Shown: piece by piece, positions 9,839 through 17,337 of the stretch | Position numbering within the stretch: the first letter of the stretch is position 1 | Layout: the number at the start of each line of letters is the position of its first letter | Origin: Clostridia bacterium | GTDB taxonomy: Bacteria > Bacillota > Clostridia > Oscillospirales > Acutalibacteraceae | Length of the DNA stretch: 64,000 bases | NCBI GenBank assembly: GCA_017513245.1 | Contig: JAFXGK010000014.1 | Span: 25,197 to 89,196, forward strand | Direction of reading: 5' to 3' | Notes under the pieces: generated by a model | Told to the model about the DNA's origin: nothing | What the model saw: only the letters and a program-made list of their open reading frames with translations | Database searches by the model: none | Position numbers and translations under genes: made by a program

Positions 9839-10576
9839 TTATGTTCTTACTGCAGTAAAGCCTGCAGCCTTAAATTTGCTTACTGTTTTTTTATAACATT
9901 CGGTGCTTATGTTCGCGTTTTCCATAGCGTACACAAGTCCGCATTGTTTCCATTTATCCTTGCCGTATTCGTGATAGGCCAAAAATTCAATTCTTATATC
10001 GTCCTTAAAGGGCAAAAGCGCCTGAAGCAGTTTGTCGGTTGCGTCCTCATCGGCATTAAAGCCGTTTATCAGCGGTACGTGCACCAAAATATCGAGTTTT
10101 GCATCCACAGCCGCCTTAAGATTTTTAAGTATCGGGTAGAGCACACCGCCTGCAACCGATAAAAGTTTATCTTCGTCAGCGCTTTTAACGTCCATAATCA
10201 AATGGTCGAGAAAGGGGAAAAGCGTCGGCAGGGCGGGGCTCATAGCGTTGGTTTCAATCGCTGTGTTAATGCCCTCGTCTTTAAGCCTTTTAAGCAGCTC
10301 GCGAACCGCGTCGGCCTGCAGCGTTACTTCACCGCCCGTAAGCGTTACTCCGCCGCCGTCAAAAAACATCGGCTTGCAGGATATTATTTCCGACAGCATA
10401 TCCTCAACCGTTACCTGTGTAATCGGGAAGGCAGGGTATGCGGCGTCGGCCTTCATTCCTTCGGGATTGGAACACCAAGGACATTTCATATTGCAACCGT
10501 GCAGATGATAAACCAAACGGTTGCCGGGTCCGTCCTGGGAGTAATTAAACCCTTTTTGAAAATATTTTATCGTCAT
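9839..10576 (-). CDS. glycyl-radical enzyme activating protein (radical SAM)
   Basis: CNMKCPWCSNPE (CX3CX2C) near the N-terminus. 245 aa, the short PflA-like form without a ferredoxin insert. Located immediately upstream of the GRE. Confidence 0.9.
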   Translation of the reverse strand: MTIKYFQKGFNYSQDGPGNRLVYHLHGCNMKCPWCSNPEGMKADAAYPAFPITQVTVEDMLSEIISCKPMFFDGGGVTLTGGEVTLQADAVRELLKRLKDEGINTAIETNAMSPALPTLFPFLDHLIMDVKSADEDKLLSVAGGVLYPILKNLKAAVDAKLDILVHVPLINGFNADEDATDKLLQALLPFKDDIRIEFLAYHEYGKDKWKQCGLVYAMENANISTECYKKTVSKFKAAGFTAVRT

Positions 10577-10618
10577 TTTTCCTCCATTAGTTCAAACCTT
10601 AAACTAATTGCTATAATA

Positions 10619-10647
10619 ATTATAATATATTATGGGGTTTGTGTCAA
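10619..10647 (-). promoter_or_regulatory. consensus sigma-A promoter for the activase-GRE-kinase-isomerase operon
   Basis: The minus strand reads TTGACA (10647-10642), a 17-nt spacer, then TATAAT (10624-10619). Confidence 0.5.
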
Positions 10648-10676
10648 TAAATATCTTTACAAAACGGACTGTTTGA

Positions 10677-10695
10677 TTTACAATAGCCTTGTAAA
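10677..10695. promoter_or_regulatory. candidate operator palindrome TTTACAA-N5-TTGTAAA
   Basis: Perfect 7-bp inverted repeat with a 5-bp spacer in the divergent intergenic region. It overlaps a possible -10 (TACAAT, 10679-10684) of the ROK gene. A third TTTACAA half-site lies at 10656-10662. Confidence 0.35.
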
Positions 10696-10711
10696 CAAGG
10701 GGGGAAGACTT

Positions 10712-11863
10712 ATGAAAAGCTACGCCAAAAACGTGCAGTCGATAAAGAACGACAACCGCGCAACCATCCTTAATTTAATCCGCAAAGCGCCCGTTTCGCG
10801 AGCCGAAATTTCTGCGGTGGCAGGCCTTTCGAAGTCCTCCGTAACCATGATAACCAACGCCCTTATATCCGAAGGTCAGGTGAGGGAAATCGGCACCGAG
10901 GAATCCACGGTCGGACGCAAGAGAATTTTGCTGGATATCGTCGCCGATTACCGCTTTGCCGCAGGTATAATTCTTCACCGCCGCGATATTAAGGTCTGCC
11001 TGACCGACCTTAAAGGCGAGGTAATTACCCGCGCCAGTACTGCTATCGAAAATTTCCGTTCGGCCGACGAGGTAATCGACTATACGGTGAACACCGTTTT
11101 CGAGTTGATAGACCGACTTTCTCTTAAAAAAGAGGACTGTATCGGCATCGGCATCAGCTGTCCGGGACCGCTTGATATAACCCGTGGCGTCGTGCTTTCG
11201 CCGCCTCATCTTGATATGCTGCATAACGTTGCATTTTGCGATAAAATCCGCGAAAAAACGGGTATGAACGTATCGCTCGAAAACAACGCCGTGCTGCTTG
11301 CAATGCGTGAGAATCTTATACGTGATAAAATGCAGAATTTTATGTCGGTAATCATATCCCACGGTATTGGCTCAGCCGTTGTAACGGCGGGCGAAATTTA
11401 TCGCGGAGCGCTCGGTTTTTCGGGCGAGCTCGGCCATATAAGCGTGGTGGCAGACGGTCTTCGTTGCCCCTGCGGAAACTGCGGCTGCCTTGAGCGTTAC
11501 GTATCGCTTTCGGCCCTTAAGGAGCACTTCGGATTCACCGATTATAAGCAAAAGGTCGATATGGCCTACGAGGGCGACGAAGAGGCTCTTTCGGTGCTTC
11601 GCTACATTACGACCTATCTCGGCAGCGGCCTTGTAAGCGCCGTAAATTTATTCGATTTGGACGCCGTAATTTTGCACGGCGACTATTCCTACCGTCCTGA
11701 GCTTTTAAACGGAATGTTAAAGAAATATATAAACAAAAACTCGGTTGTTGCGGCGGTTCACGGGGTAGAGGTTATATCCTCGCCCGAGCGAAACGACCGC
11801 GCTGAAGGCAACTCGACAGCCGCTATAATTGAACAGTATTTCGACCAGATTTTGGAGGGCTAA
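10712..11863 (+). CDS. ROK-family transcriptional regulator
   Basis: N-terminal winged-HTH (NRATILNLIRKAPVSRAEISAVAGLSKSSV) and a ROK Zn motif (GHI...CPCGNCGCLE). Start at the ATG at 10712, preceded by AAGGGGGGA. Confidence 0.85.
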   Translation: MKSYAKNVQSIKNDNRATILNLIRKAPVSRAEISAVAGLSKSSVTMITNALISEGQVREIGTEESTVGRKRILLDIVADYRFAAGIILHRRDIKVCLTDLKGEVITRASTAIENFRSADEVIDYTVNTVFELIDRLSLKKEDCIGIGISCPGPLDITRGVVLSPPHLDMLHNVAFCDKIREKTGMNVSLENNAVLLAMRENLIRDKMQNFMSVIISHGIGSAVVTAGEIYRGALGFSGELGHISVVADGLRCPCGNCGCLERYVSLSALKEHFGFTDYKQKVDMAYEGDEEALSVLRYITTYLGSGLVSAVNLFDLDAVILHGDYSYRPELLNGMLKKYINKNSVVAAVHGVEVISSPERNDRAEGNSTAAIIEQYFDQILEG

Positions 11864-11864
11864 A

Positions 11865-12995
11865 ATGATACTCGACCGTTACGATTTAGAAACCTATACC
11901 TTGCCCGTTTGGGAGGGTGATACAGTATATAACGAAGGCGTTCTGTTTTATAGGGGTCGCCGTCGCGCTCGCCTTTTATACCCGATTGACGAGGTGATTT
12001 CTCTCCGCAGCTTTGATTTGCAAACCGAATTTTGCGAGGGCAAGGATTACTATGTAGAAAACGGCGAGCTTGTCCTTACTGAGAATACCGAAATTCCCGT
12101 TTGGGATATCGAACCGCTGACCGAAAAGCCGAATTGCCACGTTTTTCCCGCAAAGAAAGAAGGGCTTTTCCTTTACGACACCTGCGGCATAAAAATGCGC
12201 CAAATGACGGTATGCGTTACGTATAAGCATTCCAAGGTTTTCCCCGACGGTTATTCGGGCAGGGGAGTAGATACACTGCGCGCCAAACTGCCCGATATAT
12301 TCAAAAAACTCGAAAACGGCGAAACAGTTAATATTATGCTTAACGGCGACAGCAACTACACCTCGTGGGGCTGTAGCGGCGGCTATGCGGAGGAAAGGTT
12401 TTTCGACAGAACCGATACCGGCTCTTTCTATACGGTAGGACTTAACGTTCCGCCGTATTCTCCTCCGTGGTTTGATATGTTCGTATCGGTGCTCAGAGAG
12501 CGTTTCCCCAAGGCCGAAATCAACGTTGATAATATCTCTATGGGCGGCGTTGACGCACGCTGGGCAAGCGAGCATCTCTCGGCTCGACTGAAACTCTCGA
12601 AGCATCGCCCCGACATCGTTTTCTACGGCTACGGCGTAAACGATCTTTGCGGCGGCGCAAGCGCAGCTACTTATAAAAAGCATAATCTTGAGCTTATCGA
12701 TAAGCTTCGCGCAGATGAAAACGGCAACCCGCAGGTGGCCTGCGTTATGGTGTCGCCCCATATATGCAATACCGACGCTAAGTGCTATCCCACCGAGGTC
12801 TTCCTTGAGTATGAAAAAATGCTTGAAGAAATTTGCGAAGAGCGCGAAAACTGCGTTCAAATCAAGCTTACCTCGTTCTCGTATGATATCGCAAAATGCA
12901 AGAAGCCGCTCGACCGACTTGAGAACAACATAAACCATATGATGGACTTCAGCGGACGTATGTTTGCGCAAATTTTCATCGAATCCATGAAATAA
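11865..12995 (+). CDS. SGNH/GDSL-like hydrolase (putative carbohydrate esterase)
   Basis: Block I LNGDSNYTSWG and a late-block GVNDL. The start is 1 nt after the ROK stop, so the two are probably co-transcribed. Confidence 0.65.
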   Translation: MILDRYDLETYTLPVWEGDTVYNEGVLFYRGRRRARLLYPIDEVISLRSFDLQTEFCEGKDYYVENGELVLTENTEIPVWDIEPLTEKPNCHVFPAKKEGLFLYDTCGIKMRQMTVCVTYKHSKVFPDGYSGRGVDTLRAKLPDIFKKLENGETVNIMLNGDSNYTSWGCSGGYAEERFFDRTDTGSFYTVGLNVPPYSPPWFDMFVSVLRERFPKAEINVDNISMGGVDARWASEHLSARLKLSKHRPDIVFYGYGVNDLCGGASAATYKKHNLELIDKLRADENGNPQVACVMVSPHICNTDAKCYPTEVFLEYEKMLEEICEERENCVQIKLTSFSYDIAKCKKPLDRLENNINHMMDFSGRMFAQIFIESMK

Positions 12996-13022
12996 AAAAG
13001 GCCCTTTTATAGGGCCTTTTTG
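12996..13022 (+). terminator. intrinsic terminator
   Basis: aggccc-ttttata-gggcct stem followed by TTTTTGTT. Confidence 0.7.
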
Positions 13023-13077
13023 TTATATAGTCCAAGCCGACCTTCATATATCTTTAGTGAATAAAGGGGGCATTGGC

Positions 13078-13839
13078 TTGAAATATATTATAGTGTCAAA
13101 AAAACAGCTCATACTGGGTGCGCTTGCCATATTGGCAACCCTCACGGTAATAATCGGCTCGGTCCGCGTGTTTGCAAGCGGCGAGCGAATATTGCCTATT
13201 TACTGCGTCGAATGTGAGGAAAAGAAGGTCGCGATTTCCTTTGATGCCGCGTGGGGTAACGACGATACCGACGAGCTTATAAACATCTTAAAGGAGTACG
13301 ACGTACCGGCAACCTTTTTCGTTGTCGGCGCGTGGGTCGATAAATATCCCGAATCGGTAAAAGCGCTTCACGACGCGGGTCACAAGGTGCAAAATCATTC
13401 TAATACGCATCCTTATATGACCAAACTTTCCGAGCAGCAAATGCTGGCGGAACTCTCATCCTGCAACGAAAAAATTGCCGCAATAACGGGCGAAAAGCCG
13501 CTGCTTTTCAGACCGCCTTACGGCGACTATAATAACGCGGTTATAAAGGCGGTGGAAAGCGCCGAAATGTACACAATTCAGTGGGACGTAGACTCCCTCG
13601 ACTGGAAGGATACCGCCACACCCGAGAGCATTTGTAAACGCGTTACAAGCAAGGTCAAAAACGGCTCTATCGTGCTCTTCCATAACGATGCCGACCACAC
13701 TCCCGCAGCCCTGCCAAACATCCTAAAAACCCTTAAAGACCAAGGCTACGAGTTCGTATTTATCGAGGACTTAATCTATAAAGAAAATTACGAAATTAAA
13801 CACGACGGAACACAATGTAAAATCGAAAATGACAATTAA
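13078..13839 (+). CDS. polysaccharide deacetylase (NodB/CE4 domain) with an N-terminal membrane anchor
   Basis: FDAAWGNDDT, ATFFVVG and HSNTHP motifs. TTG start at 13078, 7 nt after AAAGGGGG; the in-frame GTG at 13057 is an alternative. Confidence 0.85.
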   Translation: MKYIIVSKKQLILGALAILATLTVIIGSVRVFASGERILPIYCVECEEKKVAISFDAAWGNDDTDELINILKEYDVPATFFVVGAWVDKYPESVKALHDAGHKVQNHSNTHPYMTKLSEQQMLAELSSCNEKIAAITGEKPLLFRPPYGDYNNAVIKAVESAEMYTIQWDVDSLDWKDTATPESICKRVTSKVKNGSIVLFHNDADHTPAALPNILKTLKDQGYEFVFIEDLIYKENYEIKHDGTQCKIENDN

Positions 13840-13844
13840 ACGTA

Positions 13845-13873
13845 GGGGAGAGCCTCTGCGCCCTCCCGTTTTT
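13845..13873 (+). terminator. intrinsic terminator after the deacetylase gene
   Basis: gggag...ctccc stem followed by GTTTTT. Confidence 0.5.
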
Positions 13874-13920
13874 AATTGATAAAATAATCGGGCGGGCATG
13901 GAAACCCGCCCCTACAACGA

Positions 13921-13950
13921 AAAAAGACGGCGATTTCGCCGTCTTTTTTG
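13921..13950. terminator. bidirectional intrinsic terminator at the left edge of the AT-rich island
   Basis: AAAAAgacggcg-attt-cgccgtcTTTTTT. Confidence 0.65.
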
Positions 13951-13974
13951 TTGCAACTATAAAAAGAGGTTGTT

Positions 13975-14346
13975 TTAATCAAAATCCCAATCCATTTCTT
14001 TGAGGCATGTTCCGTTTGGGGAAATAAAAAAAGAGGGGCTACTAACAGAGCCTTTGTAATTAGCGTAGTTGGTTTTTACGTTGCTGCGTTTAGCTTTTGT
14101 TTTGCGAATATAATAAGCACTGTTATTGTTTTTTGTTTTTGAAAAAGGGGGGATAGGCACATCAATGCCGAGGGTTGTTTTTAAATATCTTTTCGCTTCC
14201 GTGTCCGCAGGAAACAAGCCTTCGCCAAATATTGAAATGTTACGTTTGTATTTTTTCCCTTTGTAATAAACAACGATAAATGTGCTCGAACTATTGAAAT
14301 TTTCCACCCACACAATTTCTTGGTTTTTGCAATAAAACTTTTTCAT
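13975..14346 (-). CDS. hypothetical small basic protein (123 aa), no recognisable domain
   Basis: AGAGGTGA RBS 5-6 nt upstream of the ATG. AT-rich codon usage like the neighbouring island gene. Lys/Asn/Tyr-rich. Confidence 0.55.
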   Translation of the reverse strand: MKKFYCKNQEIVWVENFNSSSTFIVVYYKGKKYKRNISIFGEGLFPADTEAKRYLKTTLGIDVPIPPFSKTKNNNSAYYIRKTKAKRSNVKTNYANYKGSVSSPSFFISPNGTCLKEMDWDFD

Positions 14347-14467
14347 TTTATCACCTCTAAAATAAAAGTAAAATGGTGCGATTGTTTTTTTACAGGCTAT
14401 ACACTTTTATACAGTATATCACTATTATATGATTTCTGCAATTAAAGAGCAAAAACAGGTGATTTAA

Positions 14468-14496
14468 TTGACGCACTACGGTAGCGATGTTATAAT
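14468..14496 (+). promoter_or_regulatory. sigma-A type promoter for the HelD-like gene (TTGACG-17 nt-TATAAT)
   Basis: TTGACG at 14468-14473, a 17-nt spacer, and TATAAT at 14491-14496. Confidence 0.5.
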
Positions 14497-14536
14497 AATA
14501 TTGCGATGTTAAGGCAAGGTGAAGGGGTGAGTAAAA

Positions 14537-17227
14537 ATGTTATTTAAATATAATATTTTTGGATACGACAAAGAAGGCTATAATCGTAAAGGTTTTGATA
14601 AAAACGGCTTTGATCGCAGTGGTTATGATAAAGACGGCTATAACAAGGACGGGTATGACGCTAACGGATACGACAGATTAGGCTACGATTTACGGGGCTA
14701 TGATAAAAGCGGGTATGATAAACAGGGCTTTGACAGCACTGGATACAATGCGAACGGTTTTGATAGAAAAGGCTTTGATCATAGCGGTTTTGATAAAGAC
14801 GGCTATGACAAAGATGGGTATGACGCCAACGGATACGACAGGTTAGGTTATGATTTGCAAGGCTATAATATTGATGGATACGATATAAAAGGCTTTGATA
14901 AACTGGGTTTTGACCATAGCGGCTTTGATAAAAACGGCTTTAATCGTAGCGGCTTTGATAAAGACGGCTATGACAAAGATGGGTATGACGCCAACGGATA
15001 CGACAGATTAGGTTATGATTTGCAAGGCTATAATATTGATGGATACGATATAAAAGGCTTTGATAAATTAGGTTTTGACCATAGCGGCTTTGATAGAAAC
15101 GGCTATGACAAAAAAGGATATGATGCTGACGGATATGACCAGTTAGGCTATGATTTGAATGGCTATGATAGAAGCGGGTATGACCGCAATGGCAAAAGAT
15201 TTGTTCATGATGACAAAATAATCGAGCTTACAAAAAAGACGTATAAAAAAAGAAACAAGGAAAATTTAAAAGAGTTAGGTGATTCGTTTGATGGCGGGTT
15301 ATATGGTGTGGAAAATTATGAGTTGGCCCGCTATATTTATGAAATTGCAAAAGGGAAAAATGTTCGAGTAAGTGAACAATATTATTATGCTCCTACCCAA
15401 GCTGCTTTTCAAAAAAACGATAATTCGTTTGGTGAGATTTTCAACCAAGAAAAGAGCACTCTAAAAAGGGTAAAAACGGCTATTGAAAATGACATTTCCA
15501 AAACAACTGAAGGAATAGAAGAGGTTGAAAAAGAAACCTGGTGGATGGATTATGACCAAAAGAACGAATGGCGTGTAACAGCGGGCAGAAATCGCAAAAA
15601 AGAAGATAAGATTTTCTTTTTGCAAAAAATCAAAAAGCGCCCATATTATGCCAGAATGGACACCAAAACAGAAGGAGAAATCAGCACTGCTTATATAGGG
15701 GAAGAGCATTACGATAGCGAAGATGGAACTTGCTGTATTGCCTCTGTATGGTCGGAAATCGGTAGGCGTTATAGAGAAAAACGCAATTCATCGTTTCAAT
15801 TCGATGGCAAGGTGCATGAAATACAATTAAGACGAAACCTTGAAATCCAAAATGGTGAACTGATTGACGTTTATGATGAGTATAATGTTGGTTCTGAAGC
15901 TGCAACAAACAATATAACCGACCTGTATTTGTTAAAAGTTCTTGAGGAGAAGAAGGGCGAAAAGAATATAACCAACATTATTCGTTCGATACAGTTAAAT
16001 CAAAATGCCATAATCGAATATGATTTTCAAAAGAATTTGTTGGTTCAGGGCTGTGCCGGCAGTGGTAAAACAATGATATTATTGCATAGGCTTGCTAATA
16101 TGAAGTTTAATTACCCGGATGTGGATTATACAAGAGTGAAAATCATCACCCCAAACAAAAATTTTAATTTGTTTATCGATGAATTATCTAAAAATCTTCA
16201 TATAGAGCAAATACCTAAAATGACGATTGGCGAGTATTGGATTGATGTTGTATCAAGATATAGGGTTGCGCATACTAAAGATAAATCGCCCATGCCTTAT
16301 AGTTTGGAAGATTTATTAACTGATGACTTTTCAAAGGAAGTTAGAGAAATCATTTATTCAAAAGAATTCGCCAACGTACTAAAAACATCAATAGAAAAAA
16401 TACCCAAAGGTCTTGACTATACACAAGATGGTACGAAAAAAAAGGAAGACGGCAGCACTGAAAAAAAGGAAGGTAGTATAAGAAAAATTGATAATGCTAT
16501 TGAGGAGGCACTATGTAGTTTTGGTTTGAGAGATATTAAGGTTGCGGATAGAAAAGAAAACAACAAAACTAATCATATGGATCTCACAGATTCAATACTT
16601 TATGCAAAAGTTTTGGCGCTATTCTTGTATTACGGACCGTTAAGTAATATTTACCAAGATACGTATTTGTGCGTTGATGAAGGACAAGATATTTCTTTGT
16701 TGCAATACGGGTTAATGTTAAGAATTAATCGCAATAATGTTAAGTTTAATATATATGGCGATATATATCAACAAATACCAAGTGGTTGCAATATTGAAGA
16801 TTGGGATTATTTATTAAAGTATATTCAGGCAGAAAAGTTTGTTCTAAATGAGAATTATAGAAATAGCGAAGAAATTATACAGTTCTATAACCAAAAACTT
16901 TCTATGTCTAATTTATCCTTCGGTTTAAAAACTAAAGAGGTTGAAAAAATATCCCACAAAACATTGATTTGGAAAGTTTTACTCAATTTAATACTTGGCA
17001 ATCGGACCGCTATAATATGTAATGATTACAACCTTATTCCAAATGACATCAAAGAATTCTGTTCATTTAATGATTTGTCAGCAACGAATAAAGCCAATGT
17101 GTTAACGGTAAAACAAGCAAAAGGCCTCGAATATGATACAGTGTTTGTTTTTGATAAGGATATGAACAAAAACGAAAGCTACATTTCATATACCAGAGCT
17201 TTAAGTGAACTGTATATTGTTGAATGA
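14537..17227 (+). CDS. UvrD/HelD-like superfamily-1 ATPase with an N-terminal G-[YF]-[DN]-x-x pentapeptide repeat array
   Basis: SF1 motifs are present: GCAGSGKT (Walker A), CVDEGQDIS (motif II), NYRNSEEI, and TVKQAKGLEYDTVFV...YISYTRALSELYI. A HelD-like pre-helicase segment is RPYYARMD...AYIGEEH...ASVWSEIGRRY. Residues 9-218 are pentapeptide repeats. Confidence 0.85.
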   Translation: MLFKYNIFGYDKEGYNRKGFDKNGFDRSGYDKDGYNKDGYDANGYDRLGYDLRGYDKSGYDKQGFDSTGYNANGFDRKGFDHSGFDKDGYDKDGYDANGYDRLGYDLQGYNIDGYDIKGFDKLGFDHSGFDKNGFNRSGFDKDGYDKDGYDANGYDRLGYDLQGYNIDGYDIKGFDKLGFDHSGFDRNGYDKKGYDADGYDQLGYDLNGYDRSGYDRNGKRFVHDDKIIELTKKTYKKRNKENLKELGDSFDGGLYGVENYELARYIYEIAKGKNVRVSEQYYYAPTQAAFQKNDNSFGEIFNQEKSTLKRVKTAIENDISKTTEGIEEVEKETWWMDYDQKNEWRVTAGRNRKKEDKIFFLQKIKKRPYYARMDTKTEGEISTAYIGEEHYDSEDGTCCIASVWSEIGRRYREKRNSSFQFDGKVHEIQLRRNLEIQNGELIDVYDEYNVGSEAATNNITDLYLLKVLEEKKGEKNITNIIRSIQLNQNAIIEYDFQKNLLVQGCAGSGKTMILLHRLANMKFNYPDVDYTRVKIITPNKNFNLFIDELSKNLHIEQIPKMTIGEYWIDVVSRYRVAHTKDKSPMPYSLEDLLTDDFSKEVREIIYSKEFANVLKTSIEKIPKGLDYTQDGTKKKEDGSTEKKEGSIRKIDNAIEEALCSFGLRDIKVADRKENNKTNHMDLTDSILYAKVLALFLYYGPLSNIYQDTYLCVDEGQDISLLQYGLMLRINRNNVKFNIYGDIYQQIPSGCNIEDWDYLLKYIQAEKFVLNENYRNSEEIIQFYNQKLSMSNLSFGLKTKEVEKISHKTLIWKVLLNLILGNRTAIICNDYNLIPNDIKEFCSFNDLSATNKANVLTVKQAKGLEYDTVFVFDKDMNKNESYISYTRALSELYIVE
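14561..15190 (+). repeat. coding tandem repeat with a 15-bp period (42 units) and a 165-bp higher-order period
   Basis: 42 consecutive G-[YF]-[DN]-x-x units. The 11-unit blocks at 14786-14950 and 14951-15115 are nearly identical in DNA, and an older copy lies at 14621-14785. Confidence 0.95.
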
Positions 17228-17303
17228 AAAAGCGTTGCTTTTGATTTCTAATTGTCTTGTGTTGCGATGCGTTTAAGTCGAAAAAATCAAGCAATTTGCA
17301 AAC

Positions 17304-17335
17304 AAAAAGACGGTGCTCGGTAGCACCGTCTTTTC
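17304..17335. terminator. bidirectional intrinsic terminator at the right edge of the AT-rich island
   Basis: AAAAAgacggtgc-tcggta-gcaccgtcTTTTC, between the convergent HelD-like and lipoprotein genes. Confidence 0.65.
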
Positions 17336-17337
17336 TA

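Noticed and set aside
10202-10711. The N-terminal 170 aa of the 553-aa ORF that would extend the ROK regulator.
   Set aside because: The extension runs antisense through the activase gene and the promoter region and has no RBS. The ATG at 10712 has a strong AAGGGGGGA RBS and gives a normal-length ROK protein beginning with the HTH.
14561-15190. Assigning the repeat tract to the classical pentapeptide-repeat family (Qnr/MfpA type) or to Rhs YD repeats.
   Set aside because: The classical family has the A(D/N)LXX consensus with a central Leu/Phe, and Rhs YD repeats are about 20 aa long. The G-aromatic-D/N-x-x units here fit neither, so the tract is reported as unassigned rather than named.
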